This document shows, in pieces, positions 31,783 through 41,254 of a stretch of DNA of 41,254 nt. The DNA lies in NCBI GenBank assembly GCA_051003155.1, contig JBPCLO010000049.1, forward strand, positions 1-41,254, written 5' to 3'. Position 1 is the stretch's first letter. Each line of letters begins with the position of its first letter. This DNA comes from Fimbriimonadales bacterium. Lineage in GTDB: Bacteria > Armatimonadota > Fimbriimonadia > Fimbriimonadales > ATM1. The notes beneath the pieces were generated by a model, which had not been told where the DNA came from, did not search any database, and saw nothing but the letters and a program-made list of their open reading frames with translations. Both the position numbers and the translations under genes were made by a program.

Positions 31783-32667
31783 ATGAAAGCCGCGGGCGAA
31801 TTCATCCTCCATCCGGGCGAGATTCGACTGCTCGAGCGCCTTCGCCTCAATCCGAGAAAAGTCACGGGTGGTCGAATTCGAGGCGATCGCCTTACACGCA
31901 AAAAGGGTGTCAGCATCGAATTTGCGGATTATCGCGATTACACCGACGGCGACGATGTTCGCCATTTAGACTGGAACGTCCTGGCGCGCATGCAGACACC
32001 CGTGATTCGCACGTACCAAGATGAGGAAGACGTCGCTGTATACGTGTTGCTCGATTGTTCCACATCGATGGATTTCGGCGACCCATCCAAATTTGCCGCC
32101 GCAAAGAGGATCGCTGCGGCAATCGGATACATCGCCTTATGCGGATCCGATGCTTTGCACTCGCAGGCGATGGGCAGGAAACAGGCCGTCACACGTGCAC
32201 TGCGCGGGCGTACGTCTTTTCTCAAGTTCGATTCTTGGCTTTCGGATCAGCATGCGGAATGCGATACGGCGCTAACCGAGGTCCTCCGCAATTTTACGGC
32301 AGGCAAATCACGGCCCGGCTTGGCTATCGTGATGAGCGACGGCCTCGATCCGGGCATCTGCGAAGCGGTTGCGCGTCTGGGCAGCCGCGGCCACGAGGTT
32401 GCATTTATTCAAATTCTTGCGCCCGAAGAGATCGATCCCGATATCGAAGGTGACCTTAGGCTGCTGGACAGCGAATCTCAATCGGCGGTCGAAATAACGG
32501 CAAACAGCCAGGCAATAAGGGAATATAAGAATAGTCTTCAAAAGCATTGCGAGGCACTGGCCTCTGCATGCCGCCGGGTCGGGGGACGATATGTCCAAGT
32601 AACCACGCGAGATTCAATACAAAGCCTTGTCAAAGACAAACTTCGCCGCGGAGGATGGGTCACATGA
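31783..32667 (+). CDS. DUF58 domain protein
   Basis: GVSIEFADYRDYTDGDDVRHLDWN, LLDCSTSM and MSDG motifs. Confidence 0.92.
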   Translation: MKAAGEFILHPGEIRLLERLRLNPRKVTGGRIRGDRLTRKKGVSIEFADYRDYTDGDDVRHLDWNVLARMQTPVIRTYQDEEDVAVYVLLDCSTSMDFGDPSKFAAAKRIAAAIGYIALCGSDALHSQAMGRKQAVTRALRGRTSFLKFDSWLSDQHAECDTALTEVLRNFTAGKSRPGLAIVMSDGLDPGICEAVARLGSRGHEVAFIQILAPEEIDPDIEGDLRLLDSESQSAVEITANSQAIREYKNSLQKHCEALASACRRVGGRYVQVTTRDSIQSLVKDKLRRGGWVT

Positions 32668-34493
32668 ACCTCGCCAATGCAGCCGCGCTTTGGTATCTTT
32701 TGCCGCTCGGCGGGATTATTATCCTCTTGTATCTCCTGAAAATGCGCCGCAAGGATTTCAAGGTTCCGGCGACGTTTTTGTGGCCTCATTTAACCACCGA
32801 GGTTCGCGCCAACTCCCTGCTACAAAGACTAAAATTCAGCTGGCTGATGGTTCTGCAACTGCTCTCGCTATTGCTCATTGTGGCTTCGCTGGCGCGGCCG
32901 CAAACAACACAGGAGGGCCTGGCCGGAACCGTTACGGTTTTTGTTTTGGACACGAGCGCGAGCATGTCCGCAACGGATGCCGGCGGAACGCGCTTCGATG
33001 AAGCGATCGAGAGAATAAAAAAGACTGTCGCTACTGCCCAACCCGGGGACCGCTTCAGCCTCGTAGAAGCTGGCCCGACGCCGCGCGTGGCCCTGCCTTT
33101 GTCGGGTGACACGGCCCGCATGCGTGATGCGTTGCACTCGCTTTCGCCGACCGACACCGAATGTGACATTGGAGAGGGCCTCCGGCTCGCATCGGCGCTC
33201 GTGGGCGCCCAGGAATCAGGGCACATCGTTCTGTTGAGCGATGGCGCCTTCCCCGAACTCACGAATTTTTCGCAGGGCAAAGCCACCGTGCATTTTCAAC
33301 AGGTCGGCCAAAGCTCCGACAATGTGGCGATTACGGCCATCGGAGTCGGCGATACCCCCGGCGCCAAGCAGCTCTTTTGCGGCGTACGCAATTTTTCAAA
33401 ACAGAACAAAACGGCAACCGTTTCCTTTTTTGCGGACGGAACTGTGTTCGAGTCGAAGCGCATTGCGATCAATGCCGGAAGCCTTTTCGGCCAAACTTCG
33501 GCGCTCCCTCCCGGGGCTAAGATCCTGGAGGCCCGCCTGGACGTCCATGACATCTTGGATTCAGATAATGCGGCATTCACGCTAGCCGACCCGAGCTCAG
33601 CGCTGCGCGTGCTGCTCGTCACCAAAGGCAACCTTTTTCTTGAGCAGGCGCTTGCGTTGGACCCCCGAGTAACGCTCGACAAGGCCGAGACCGTTCCCGT
33701 AGACGAACACGTGGGTTCGCCCGGCCCCGGTACCTACGACGTCGTGGTTTTCGACGGGATTCAGGAAATCGCCGTGAAAGCGCGCGGCGTGCTGACGTTC
33801 GGTGCCGCAGGCTCATCTTCGATCGCGCGGCCAACCGGGACGATCGACAAACCGCAGGTCACGGCAACCGATAACGAAAGCGATCTGGTGCAATACGTAG
33901 ATTTGAGCACGGCGTTTATCGACAAGGCCGAGCAGGTCGAACCCAAAACCGGGGCTCAAGTCCTCGTCGATTCCCACAAGGGTGCGCTTGTTCTCGCTTC
34001 CGAGGTCGGGAAAAAACAAGTTTACGTTGCATTTTCCGTGCTTAATTCCGACTTCGCTCTGCAAATCGGATTTCCGATTTTTATCTCAAACGCATTAGAT
34101 TTTATGGGAGGTCAGGCGACGTCAAACGTGTTGACAATCCAAACGGGTAGGCCCGTTTCATTTCCGGCTGCAACCGAACAAGACGGCTTCCTAACGCTGC
34201 CCAATGGCTCTCGAATCGCCGTTGAGCCAACAGCCGGCAGCTACATCCTGCGGGACCTGAAGCAGACGGGAAAATACAGATTCGAATTCGGCGACAAACG
34301 TACGACCCTATATGCGAGTTTGCTCAGCGAACGGGAATCGAACATCGCTCCAATTTCCAGCTTGCAATTCAAGGGCAGATCGCTTCCTGCTGCCAAGGCG
34401 ACTGCCCGGATCGCAGATTTTTGGCGTCCAATACTAGTTATTTGCCTAGCCGCATTGGCTTGCGAATGGTGGCTCTTTGCGAAGAAATCATGA
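32664..34493 (+). CDS. BatA-like N-terminal TM + VWA domain protein
   Basis: 'LLPL..IILLYLLK..' BatA motif, MIDAS LDTSASMS, LSDG, and C-terminal TM ending in EWW. Confidence 0.88.
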   Translation: MNLANAAALWYLLPLGGIIILLYLLKMRRKDFKVPATFLWPHLTTEVRANSLLQRLKFSWLMVLQLLSLLLIVASLARPQTTQEGLAGTVTVFVLDTSASMSATDAGGTRFDEAIERIKKTVATAQPGDRFSLVEAGPTPRVALPLSGDTARMRDALHSLSPTDTECDIGEGLRLASALVGAQESGHIVLLSDGAFPELTNFSQGKATVHFQQVGQSSDNVAITAIGVGDTPGAKQLFCGVRNFSKQNKTATVSFFADGTVFESKRIAINAGSLFGQTSALPPGAKILEARLDVHDILDSDNAAFTLADPSSALRVLLVTKGNLFLEQALALDPRVTLDKAETVPVDEHVGSPGPGTYDVVVFDGIQEIAVKARGVLTFGAAGSSSIARPTGTIDKPQVTATDNESDLVQYVDLSTAFIDKAEQVEPKTGAQVLVDSHKGALVLASEVGKKQVYVAFSVLNSDFALQIGFPIFISNALDFMGGQATSNVLTIQTGRPVSFPAATEQDGFLTLPNGSRIAVEPTAGSYILRDLKQTGKYRFEFGDKRTTLYASLLSERESNIAPISSLQFKGRSLPAAKATARIADFWRPILVICLAALACEWWLFAKKS

Positions 34494-37255
34494 TCCGCTT
34501 CGCTGAGCCCATCTATCTACTGCTTTTTATTCCGGCGGCCATAGGCTTGTGGCTCAGTTTTCGCCACGTCCATGGAATGATGCGAGGGCGAAAGATCTTT
34601 GCGTTTGTTCTTCGGGCGTTGCTTGCCGCATGCCTCATTTTCGCCCTCGCAGCTCCCGAGGCGCGGCGGCCAAATGTCGGCCTGTCCGCAATTTTCGTGG
34701 TCGATCGGTCTGACAGCATCAGCGACACGGACAAAAAAGCAGCGATCGAATACATCAATTCCGCATTGGAGGAACTCAGGCCACAAGACGAGGCGGGTGT
34801 CATTGCATTCGGCAGCGACGCAGCTATCGAAATCGCTCCCAGCAACCTGCGAAAGTTTAGCCGCATCATGTCGGTGACGAACGGCGGCGGCACCGACCTT
34901 GCCGCCGCCATCCGCCTTGCCAGTGCTTCACATTCCGACGGGAAATCAAAACGCATAATCGTCTTAAGCGACGGCAACGAAACGCAAGGCGAAGCAGTCG
35001 AGGCCGCATCTGTCGCGCAGATCGACAACGTTCAAATCGATTACGTAGCTCTCGGAAATCAGCAGACCACCGATGAGGCAGCGGTTCTCGATTTATCCGC
35101 GCCGACGGAAATCGCCCTCAGCCAAACGTTCGACTTAAGGGCAACGATCGACTCCACAAAAAACACCGAGGCGATTCTCCGTCTGGATCGCGACGGAGTG
35201 GTCGCAAAGGAAACGAGCGTCAAACTTTCAACCGGCCGCAGCCAAATATTAATTAGCGACGTCATCGACAAGCCCGGATTCCATCGATACCGGGCCACGC
35301 TTACGGCAAAAAATGACACCGACGTACGCAATAACGTCGGTTCGACTTTCGTTACGGTGCGTGGCCGTCCGCACGTTCTGGTGATTCAGCAAAATCATTC
35401 ATCGCGCCTACTCGCGCAGGCAATTCGAGAGCAGGGAATCATTGCCGACGTCTTCGGCCCATCCGGAATGCCGACCCGCGTGGATGAATTCCAGAATTAC
35501 GACGCCGTCATTTTTAACGACGTGAACGCCGCGAGCATGACAGCGCAGCAAATGAAACTACTCGGAAGCGCCGTCAAAGACACCGGAATCGGCTTCGCAA
35601 TGATCGGCGGAGAAAACTCATTCCTTCCCGGCGGATGGTACGGAACGCCCGTGGCCGACGTCCTGCCCGTCGACCTCGACATCCGTCAACGAAAAACCTT
35701 CCCTTCCACGTCCATGTTAATCGTCGTCGATGCATCCGGAAGCATGTCGATGATCGAAGACGGCGTGGAAAAGATCCGTCTCGCAGCGAAAGCCGCCGAA
35801 ACGACGGTCAACCTCATGGCGCCGCGAGATCGCATCGGAGTCGCAGGCAGCACCGATGGCATCGAGTTCGTGGCGCCGATGCAGCAAGCCGACGACAAAA
35901 CGGAGGTCATTTCGCAAGTTAGAAAGCTAAGCACCGGGGGCGGAGGCATTTACTGCCGGCCCTCCATGCGATTTGCACAAACAACCCTCGAAGCCGAGAA
36001 ATCGAAAGTTCGCCACCTCATCCTGCTCGCCGACGGCGCCGATTGCGATCAGCAAGAGGAGTGCATCCCGATCGCAATTGCGATGCGAGCTCAAAAAATC
36101 ACCACCTCCGTGGTCGCCATCGGGGATGGGGAGCACGTGCCGTTTCTCAAACGATTGGCCACCGCCGGAGGCGGAAAGTATTATCTCGCGCGAAAAGCAG
36201 GCCAGCTGCCGGCGATTTTCACGCAAGACGCCGCCGTCATGTCGCGCTCCGCTATCGAAGAGGGCGTTTTCCTGCCCAAATCCGTCATCGGGGAAGAAAT
36301 TCTCCGGGGAATCGAGCCCAACTCGATTCCTGCGCTTTACGCATATTGCCTCGCGAGCGATAGGCCGCTTGCGCAAACAGGCATGCGCACCGCAAAAGAC
36401 GACCCTTTGCTGGCAACCTGGCAATATGGCCTCGGCACGACGCTTGCGTTTACGTCGGACGCTCAAGCGCGATGGGCTGCCAAATGGGTGACTTGGCAGC
36501 AATTCGGCGCTTTCTGGGCGCAGGCCGTTCGCGTTATTACCCGCAGAACAACGCAAAACGAATACCAGCTCGCCACGCGGCAAGATGGTGGGAAAGGAAT
36601 ACTCGACGTCAAAGCCTACGACCGTTTCGGAAACCCATTAAATTCCATCAACGCAAAAGTTCGCGTTTCGACGCCTGAGGGCAACTCGCTCGAAGTCGCC
36701 CTTTCGCAGCAGGCGCCCGGTTTATATAGAGGCGAATTTGCCGCAAACGAGTTGGGCACCTACGTCGTCACCATCGCCGAAGACGGAGGAAAGAGAGTTT
36801 CCACCGCGGGATTCTCTGTTCCCTATCCGCCCGAATATAAACGATTTCGCTCCAATACGCCGCTGCTTGAGCGCATGAGCAAAGCCACCGGCGGCATGGC
36901 GCTCACAAAACCGGAGGACGTCGCCCGCCCGGTCCCCAGTACCGGCTTCTCGATCACGCCGCTTTGGGCGCTCTTCGCGCTGCTGGCCGCGCTGCTGCTT
37001 CCGCTCGATGTTGCCGCGCGGCGCATCGCCGTGCCGGTCGGCGCGTTGGCGAAACAGGTGGTTGATAGGCTCAAGCGGCGCGAAAGAGTAGCGCCCGCCA
37101 CCGACCTCAGGGTCGAGCGCCTGCAGAAAGCCAAACAACGGGCCCACGACCCGCAGCCGGCGCCGGCAGAGGCTCCGGCAGCTACGGATCTCGCCAAAGA
37201 ACCCGCCTCCGCCGCCACGCGTTTGCTCGATGCGAAGCGTCGGCGGGGTGGGTGA
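34490..37255 (+). CDS. Double-VWA protein with glutamine-amidotransferase-like domain
   Basis: VDRSDSI/GTDL/LSDGNET (VWA1), IGGENSFLPGGWYGTPVADVLPV, VDASGSMS/LADG (VWA2), DPLLATWQYGLG, and a C-terminal TM. Confidence 0.88.
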   Translation: MIRFAEPIYLLLFIPAAIGLWLSFRHVHGMMRGRKIFAFVLRALLAACLIFALAAPEARRPNVGLSAIFVVDRSDSISDTDKKAAIEYINSALEELRPQDEAGVIAFGSDAAIEIAPSNLRKFSRIMSVTNGGGTDLAAAIRLASASHSDGKSKRIIVLSDGNETQGEAVEAASVAQIDNVQIDYVALGNQQTTDEAAVLDLSAPTEIALSQTFDLRATIDSTKNTEAILRLDRDGVVAKETSVKLSTGRSQILISDVIDKPGFHRYRATLTAKNDTDVRNNVGSTFVTVRGRPHVLVIQQNHSSRLLAQAIREQGIIADVFGPSGMPTRVDEFQNYDAVIFNDVNAASMTAQQMKLLGSAVKDTGIGFAMIGGENSFLPGGWYGTPVADVLPVDLDIRQRKTFPSTSMLIVVDASGSMSMIEDGVEKIRLAAKAAETTVNLMAPRDRIGVAGSTDGIEFVAPMQQADDKTEVISQVRKLSTGGGGIYCRPSMRFAQTTLEAEKSKVRHLILLADGADCDQQEECIPIAIAMRAQKITTSVVAIGDGEHVPFLKRLATAGGGKYYLARKAGQLPAIFTQDAAVMSRSAIEEGVFLPKSVIGEEILRGIEPNSIPALYAYCLASDRPLAQTGMRTAKDDPLLATWQYGLGTTLAFTSDAQARWAAKWVTWQQFGAFWAQAVRVITRRTTQNEYQLATRQDGGKGILDVKAYDRFGNPLNSINAKVRVSTPEGNSLEVALSQQAPGLYRGEFAANELGTYVVTIAEDGGKRVSTAGFSVPYPPEYKRFRSNTPLLERMSKATGGMALTKPEDVARPVPSTGFSITPLWALFALLAALLLPLDVAARRIAVPVGALAKQVVDRLKRRERVAPATDLRVERLQKAKQRAHDPQPAPAEAPAATDLAKEPASAATRLLDAKRRRGG

Positions 37256-37406
37256 GCCGGCGGTTTTAGCTACGTTCATCAAATTCATCGCAGCGGGCCG
37301 ACATTCCGCCGATGCCGAAGAAGCTCGAGCCTTCGAAGAAGAACGGCCTCCGCTCGTCGCGCTCGGTGTCGACCCTGCTCTTCTTGCGGAGCGTCGCCGA
37401 AAGTAA
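37248..37406 (+). CDS. Possible 52-aa small ORF overlapping the end of the VWA gene
   Basis: GTG37248..TAA37406: MGEPAVLATFIKFIAAGRHSADAEEARAFEEERPPLVALGVDPALLAERRRK. Below the ORF-track cutoff; no family recognised. Confidence 0.3.
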   Translation: MGEPAVLATFIKFIAAGRHSADAEEARAFEEERPPLVALGVDPALLAERRRK

Positions 37407-37470
37407 ATCTCGTCCTCGTCCGACTCGATCGATCAGCCACGGCAGCCCCCGTGGCTGATCGGATTAGTGG

Positions 37471-37938
37471 CTATCGGGCTGCGGCGCCCAACAACTTGCC
37501 TTCAGGATCACCGAAGGCGATGCGGCCCGGACCGGATATCGCGAGCGCTGCCGCCAAAAGCAGCAACACGAACGTGTACTCGATGCCGCTCTTCTCGCCG
37601 CCCAGGAAGAAGCCATTGGCCCAATGGACTTTGAACATGGCCACAGCCATCGTTATTGCGAGGCCGAGGGACCAGAATCTTGTCAAGACGCCAAGCACAA
37701 GGCCGACTCCGCCCAGAAACTCCGTGAAAACGGCTATGTAGGCTAGCGGCGCGGGGATTCCTCCCTGAGCCATGAAACTCACCGTGCCCGCGAGGCCGGC
37801 GCCACCCCACCAGCCGAAAAGCTTTTGTCCGCCATGCGCGATGAAGACGACGCCTATAGCCACGCGAAGAATAAAGAGCGAAACATCCACCGCCGAGACC
37901 CTGGTGACGGCTCGCGTGGATTCGATTTGACTTGTCAT
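37471..37938 (-). CDS. DoxX family membrane protein
   Basis: LRVAIGVVFIAHGGQKLFG, EFLGG, VH..GFF..GIEY and GPGR motifs. Confidence 0.92.
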   Translation of the reverse strand: MTSQIESTRAVTRVSAVDVSLFILRVAIGVVFIAHGGQKLFGWWGGAGLAGTVSFMAQGGIPAPLAYIAVFTEFLGGVGLVLGVLTRFWSLGLAITMAVAMFKVHWANGFFLGGEKSGIEYTFVLLLLAAALAISGPGRIAFGDPEGKLLGAAAR

Positions 37939-37944
37939 GACTGC

Positions 37945-38003
37945 ACTATACTATGTATTGCGCTATAAAAACAATACTCGGTGGACGCTTCTTTCGGTAT
38001 AAT
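37945..38003. promoter_or_regulatory. Divergent doxX/hxlR promoters with candidate operator
   Basis: Minus strand: TTGTTT-18-TATAGT (37974..37945). Plus strand: TATAAT (37998-38003). Inverted repeat GTATTG-N11-CAATAC (37955-37977). Confidence 0.55.
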
Positions 38004-38034
38004 CTAGAGCGTTGTCTGAGAACGCGGTGTAGAA

Positions 38035-38403
38035 ATGTCAGTTCCGGATCATCCCTACTGCCCTGTGGGCGCGACACTCGACTTCTTGAATGCAAGGTGG
38101 ACACTTCATATCGTACACAGCCTGCTTGCCAAGCCGATGCGGTTCAACGAGTTAGCCCGGGAGAACGGGATCAACCCTCGAACGCTTTGCCAAAGGCTCC
38201 GCGAGCTAGAAGACGCCGGCATCGTCGAGCGGAACGTGATCAGCAAAGTGCCGCCGAACGTCCAGTACCGCATGACCGCCAAGGGTCAGGCGCTGGAGAA
38301 AATTTTGGTCTCGCTTGCTGATTGGGGACGGTCGTGGATGTCCGAGAAGGCCACCGGGCGACAAGGTCCAGCGGAGCTAGTTGGCCATTCACGGGAAGAG
38401 TAG
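38035..38403 (+). CDS. HxlR/DUF24 family winged-helix transcriptional regulator
   Basis: YCPVGATLDFLNARW, RFNEL, INPRTLCQRLRELE..G and PPNVQYRMT.KG motifs. Confidence 0.92.
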   Translation: MSVPDHPYCPVGATLDFLNARWTLHIVHSLLAKPMRFNELARENGINPRTLCQRLRELEDAGIVERNVISKVPPNVQYRMTAKGQALEKILVSLADWGRSWMSEKATGRQGPAELVGHSREE

Positions 38404-38570
38404 CCGCTCCGGCATACTCTAGCTCTAACGTCCGGCGAAACCCTCGACCAGCATGGCGCCAGCTTTTAGCGGTGTTTTGACGCTACGCAATGTCGCCGGG
38501 AAGGCCAGCGCGCGCTCTTTCGCAACCTCCTTATGCTAATCGGAGTAAATTTTAAGTAATGGAACGCCTA

Positions 38571-38602
38571 CTTGACAGCAAGACACTCAAGTAAGCTATA
38601 CT
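38571..38602 (+). promoter_or_regulatory. dnaK promoter with HAIR (HspR-associated inverted repeat)
   Basis: CTTGACA-GCAAGAC-ACTCAAG (38571-38591) matches the HAIR consensus CTTGAGT-N7-ACTCAAG at 12/14. TTGACA at 38572-38577, TATACT at 38597-38602. Confidence 0.75.
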
Positions 38603-38634
38603 GCACGCACTAACCCAAGACGGAGGTCCAAATT

Positions 38635-40551
38635 TTGGCAAAAACAGTAGGAATCGATTTAGGGACGACCAATTCGGTCGTAGCAGTAATGGAAGGCGGC
38701 GAGCCCGTCGTTATCTCGACAGCCGAGGGCACGCGCACCATGCCGAGCGTCGTCGCGTTTAAGAACAACGGCGAGAGGCTCGTTGGCGTTACGGCAAAGC
38801 GGCAAGCCGTGATGAACCCGGAGAACACCGTTTCTTCGATCAAGAGGTTTATGGGACGAAGCTCATCCGACGCCACGGAGGAATCCAAGCGCTCTTCATA
38901 CAAGGTCGTCAAAGACAAGAAGGGCAACGCCGCGGTGCATCTGCCAGCGGTCGAGAAGGATTTCACGCCCGAAGAAATCTCGGCGATGATCCTTCAGAAG
39001 CTCAAGGCCGACGCCGAGGCATACCTCGGAGAACCGGTGACGAAAGCCGTTATCACCGTTCCGGCATACTTCGACGACGCGCAGCGGACCGCCACAAAGA
39101 ATGCTGGCGAGATCGCAGGGCTTGAAGTTTTGCGGATCATCAACGAGCCCACGGCCGCCTCGTTGGCATACGGGCTCGATAAGAAAGAGAACGAGACGAT
39201 CCTCGTTTTCGACCTCGGCGGCGGAACGTTCGACGTATCCGTTCTCGACGTCGGCGAAGGCGTGTTCGAGGTCCGATCCACGGATGGCGATACCCACCTC
39301 GGCGGAGACGACTGGGACCATCGCATCGTCGATTGGCTGGCGGACGAGTTCAAGAAGGCCAACGGCATCGACCTGCGCAACGACAAGTCTGCCCTGCAGC
39401 GGCTTCGCGAAGCAGCGGAGAAGGCCAAGGTCGAGCTCTCGAGCCAGGTCACAACCCAGATCAGCTTGCCGTACATCACGGCCGTCGACAATGAGCCGCG
39501 CCACCTCGATATCGCCCTCACCCGAGCCAAATTCGAAGAATTGACCAAGGACCTGCTCGAGCGGGTCAAGACTCCTTTTGAAAAGGCGCTAAAAGACGCG
39601 AAGGTCGAACCCAAAGACGTCGATGAAGTCGTGCTCGTCGGCGGATCCACCCGTATGCCGATGGTACTCGAACTCGTAAAGAAGCTTGTCGGGAAAGAGC
39701 CCCATCGCGGGGTGAATCCTGACGAAGTCGTCGCCATCGGTGCGGCGATTCAAGCCGGTGTTATGGGCGGCGAAGTCAAGGGGCTCGTGCTCCTCGACGT
39801 AACCCCGCTCGGCCTCGGTGTGGAGACGCTCGGCGGAATCGCGGACTTCCTCATCGAGAGGAACACCACCATCCCAACGAAGAAAAGCCGCATCTACACG
39901 ACGGCGCAGGATAACCAGCAAGAAGTTGAAATCCACGTCCTGCAGGGGGAGCGCTCGCGTGCCGGCGATAACAAGTCGCTGGGCCGCTTCCACCTCATGG
40001 GTATTCCTGCCGCGCCGCGCGGCATCCCTCAGGTCGAAGTGACCTTTGACATCGACGCGAACGGAATCCTGAACGTGAAGGCCCAGGACAAAGCCACCGG
40101 CAAAGAGCAGACTATCACGATCACCGGGAGCGGCAACCTCAACCGCGAAGAGATCGATCGAATGGTCGAAGAGGCCCAGCGATTCTCGGATGAGGACGCG
40201 AAGGCCAAGGAGAATCAAGACGTCAAGAACCGCGCCGATAGCCTGGCTTACGGTGTGGAGAAGAACCTTGCGGACCTCGGTGACAAGCTAGATGAGGCCG
40301 ACCGAACGAGAATCCAGGAGAGGGTCGGCGCTCTTCGCACCGCGATCGCCTCCGACGACGTCGACGAAATCCAGTCCAAGTTCAGTGATCTCGAGCAAGA
40401 GTCGCACGCCCTGGCGCAAAAGCTCTATGAGCAAACGAGCCAACAAGCGCCGGACGCGGAAGCCGAGACCGAGCCTGTAGGCGCAGCGGCGCCTACCGAA
40501 AGCGAGGTCATCGACGCCGAGTTCGACGAGAACAAGGACACCGGCCAGTAG
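38635..40551 (+). CDS. dnaK: Molecular chaperone DnaK (Hsp70)
   Basis: [30 protein letters not shown] and VGGSTRMP motifs. TTG start with GGAGGT SD. Confidence 0.99.
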   Translation: MAKTVGIDLGTTNSVVAVMEGGEPVVISTAEGTRTMPSVVAFKNNGERLVGVTAKRQAVMNPENTVSSIKRFMGRSSSDATEESKRSSYKVVKDKKGNAAVHLPAVEKDFTPEEISAMILQKLKADAEAYLGEPVTKAVITVPAYFDDAQRTATKNAGEIAGLEVLRIINEPTAASLAYGLDKKENETILVFDLGGGTFDVSVLDVGEGVFEVRSTDGDTHLGGDDWDHRIVDWLADEFKKANGIDLRNDKSALQRLREAAEKAKVELSSQVTTQISLPYITAVDNEPRHLDIALTRAKFEELTKDLLERVKTPFEKALKDAKVEPKDVDEVVLVGGSTRMPMVLELVKKLVGKEPHRGVNPDEVVAIGAAIQAGVMGGEVKGLVLLDVTPLGLGVETLGGIADFLIERNTTIPTKKSRIYTTAQDNQQEVEIHVLQGERSRAGDNKSLGRFHLMGIPAAPRGIPQVEVTFDIDANGILNVKAQDKATGKEQTITITGSGNLNREEIDRMVEEAQRFSDEDAKAKENQDVKNRADSLAYGVEKNLADLGDKLDEADRTRIQERVGALRTAIASDDVDEIQSKFSDLEQESHALAQKLYEQTSQQAPDAEAETEPVGAAAPTESEVIDAEFDENKDTGQ

Positions 40552-40567
40552 GACTCTCACGATAGGA

Positions 40568-40594
40568 AGGGGGCGGGCGCCCTTCGCCGCCCCT
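40568..40594 (+). other. GC-rich stem-loop in the dnaK-dnaJ spacer
   Basis: AGGGGGCGGGCG-CCCTT-CGCCGCCCCT inverted repeat, with no U-tract. Confidence 0.5.
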
Positions 40595-40601
40595 AAACCT
40601 C

Positions 40602-41254
40602 ATGGCAAAGGATTACTACGCGATTCTAGGAATCGACCGAAAGGCCGACGATAAGGCGATCAAATCCGCATACCGAAAGCTCGCCCGCAAGCACCACCCC
40701 GATGTCAACCGCAGCGACAAGCGGGCCGAAGAGAAGTTCAAGGAGATATCGGAAGCGTACGACGTACTGGGTGACGAGAAGAAGCGCAAGTTGTACGACC
40801 AGTACGGCTCGAACTGGGAAGCGGCGTCGAAAATGGGTGATAACTTCGGCGGTGGCGGTGCGCCCGGTGGTTTTCGAGTCGATTTCGGTGAGGGCGGGGT
40901 TCCACCGGGATTCGAGTCCGTTTTTGAAACGATTTTCGGCGGAGGCGGCGGCTTTCGCGGTGTCCACCAAGCAGTCGCGCAAGATCTCGAGCAAGCAGTT
41001 GCCTTAACCCTGAAAGAAATCGATTCTGGTACTACGAGGTCGTTCACCTACCGGGTCGAAGACGCATGTAGCACCTGTCGCGGAACCGGAACAATCCGGG
41101 CTGCCAAGAGCCAGCCATGTCCTCAGTGCAGAGGCTCGGGCCAAGTTCGCGGCATGCTGGGAATATCGCAAACGTGCCCTGTCTGTAGCGGCCTTGGCAC
41201 CCTCAACGTCGAAACGTGCCCCACTTGCAAAGGCCAGGCCACGCTGCCGACGAC
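40602..41254 (+). CDS. dnaJ: DnaJ chaperone (runs off the window end)
   Basis: [15 protein letters not shown]-domain, G/F region, and zinc-finger repeats [32 protein letters not shown]. Confidence 0.95.
   Translation, partial: MAKDYYAILGIDRKADDKAIKSAYRKLARKHHPDVNRSDKRAEEKFKEISEAYDVLGDEKKRKLYDQYGSNWEAASKMGDNFGGGGAPGGFRVDFGEGGVPPGFESVFETIFGGGGGFRGVHQAVAQDLEQAVALTLKEIDSGTTRSFTYRVEDACSTCRGTGTIRAAKSQPCPQCRGSGQVRGMLGISQTCPVCSGLGTLNVETCPTCKGQATLPT

Noticed and set aside
38896..40218. Antisense ORFs over dnaK
   Set aside because: Well-known antisense shadow frames of hsp70 genes.

Overview
GC-rich bacterial chromosome segment. An Armatimonadota/Fimbriimonadia-like diderm is my inference from the PEP-CTERM proteins, the diderm-type DnaK insert and the gene set; no search was run. 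Left to right: (1) a heavy-metal efflux operon (Cys/His-rich leader ORF ending in RAPP, czcC-czcB-czcA, PII-like protein, His6-tailed Spy/CpxP-like protein, CadA/ZntA P1B ATPase), preceded by a decayed response-regulator relic. (2) An accessory stretch with small enzymes, several frameshifted genes, a 43-aa-repeat secreted protein and an S8 protease; the last two share an unrecognised ~150-aa C-terminal domain. (3) A Ycf45-like AAA-R3H gene and tmk, followed by a deletion scar and a tandemly duplicated PEP-CTERM + SBBP-propeller cassette. (4) terC. (5) A nine-gene translationally coupled ABC-MoxR-DUF58-VWA operon of unknown function. (6) A divergent doxX/hxlR pair. (7) dnaK-dnaJ, with an HspR-type HAIR operator. 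I found no rRNA, tRNA, CRISPR array or intact mobile element. The most interesting signals are the probable metal-sensing RAPP ribosome-arrest leader with an anti-SD structure gating czcCBA, and the shared C-terminal domain, a candidate sorting/anchoring module.
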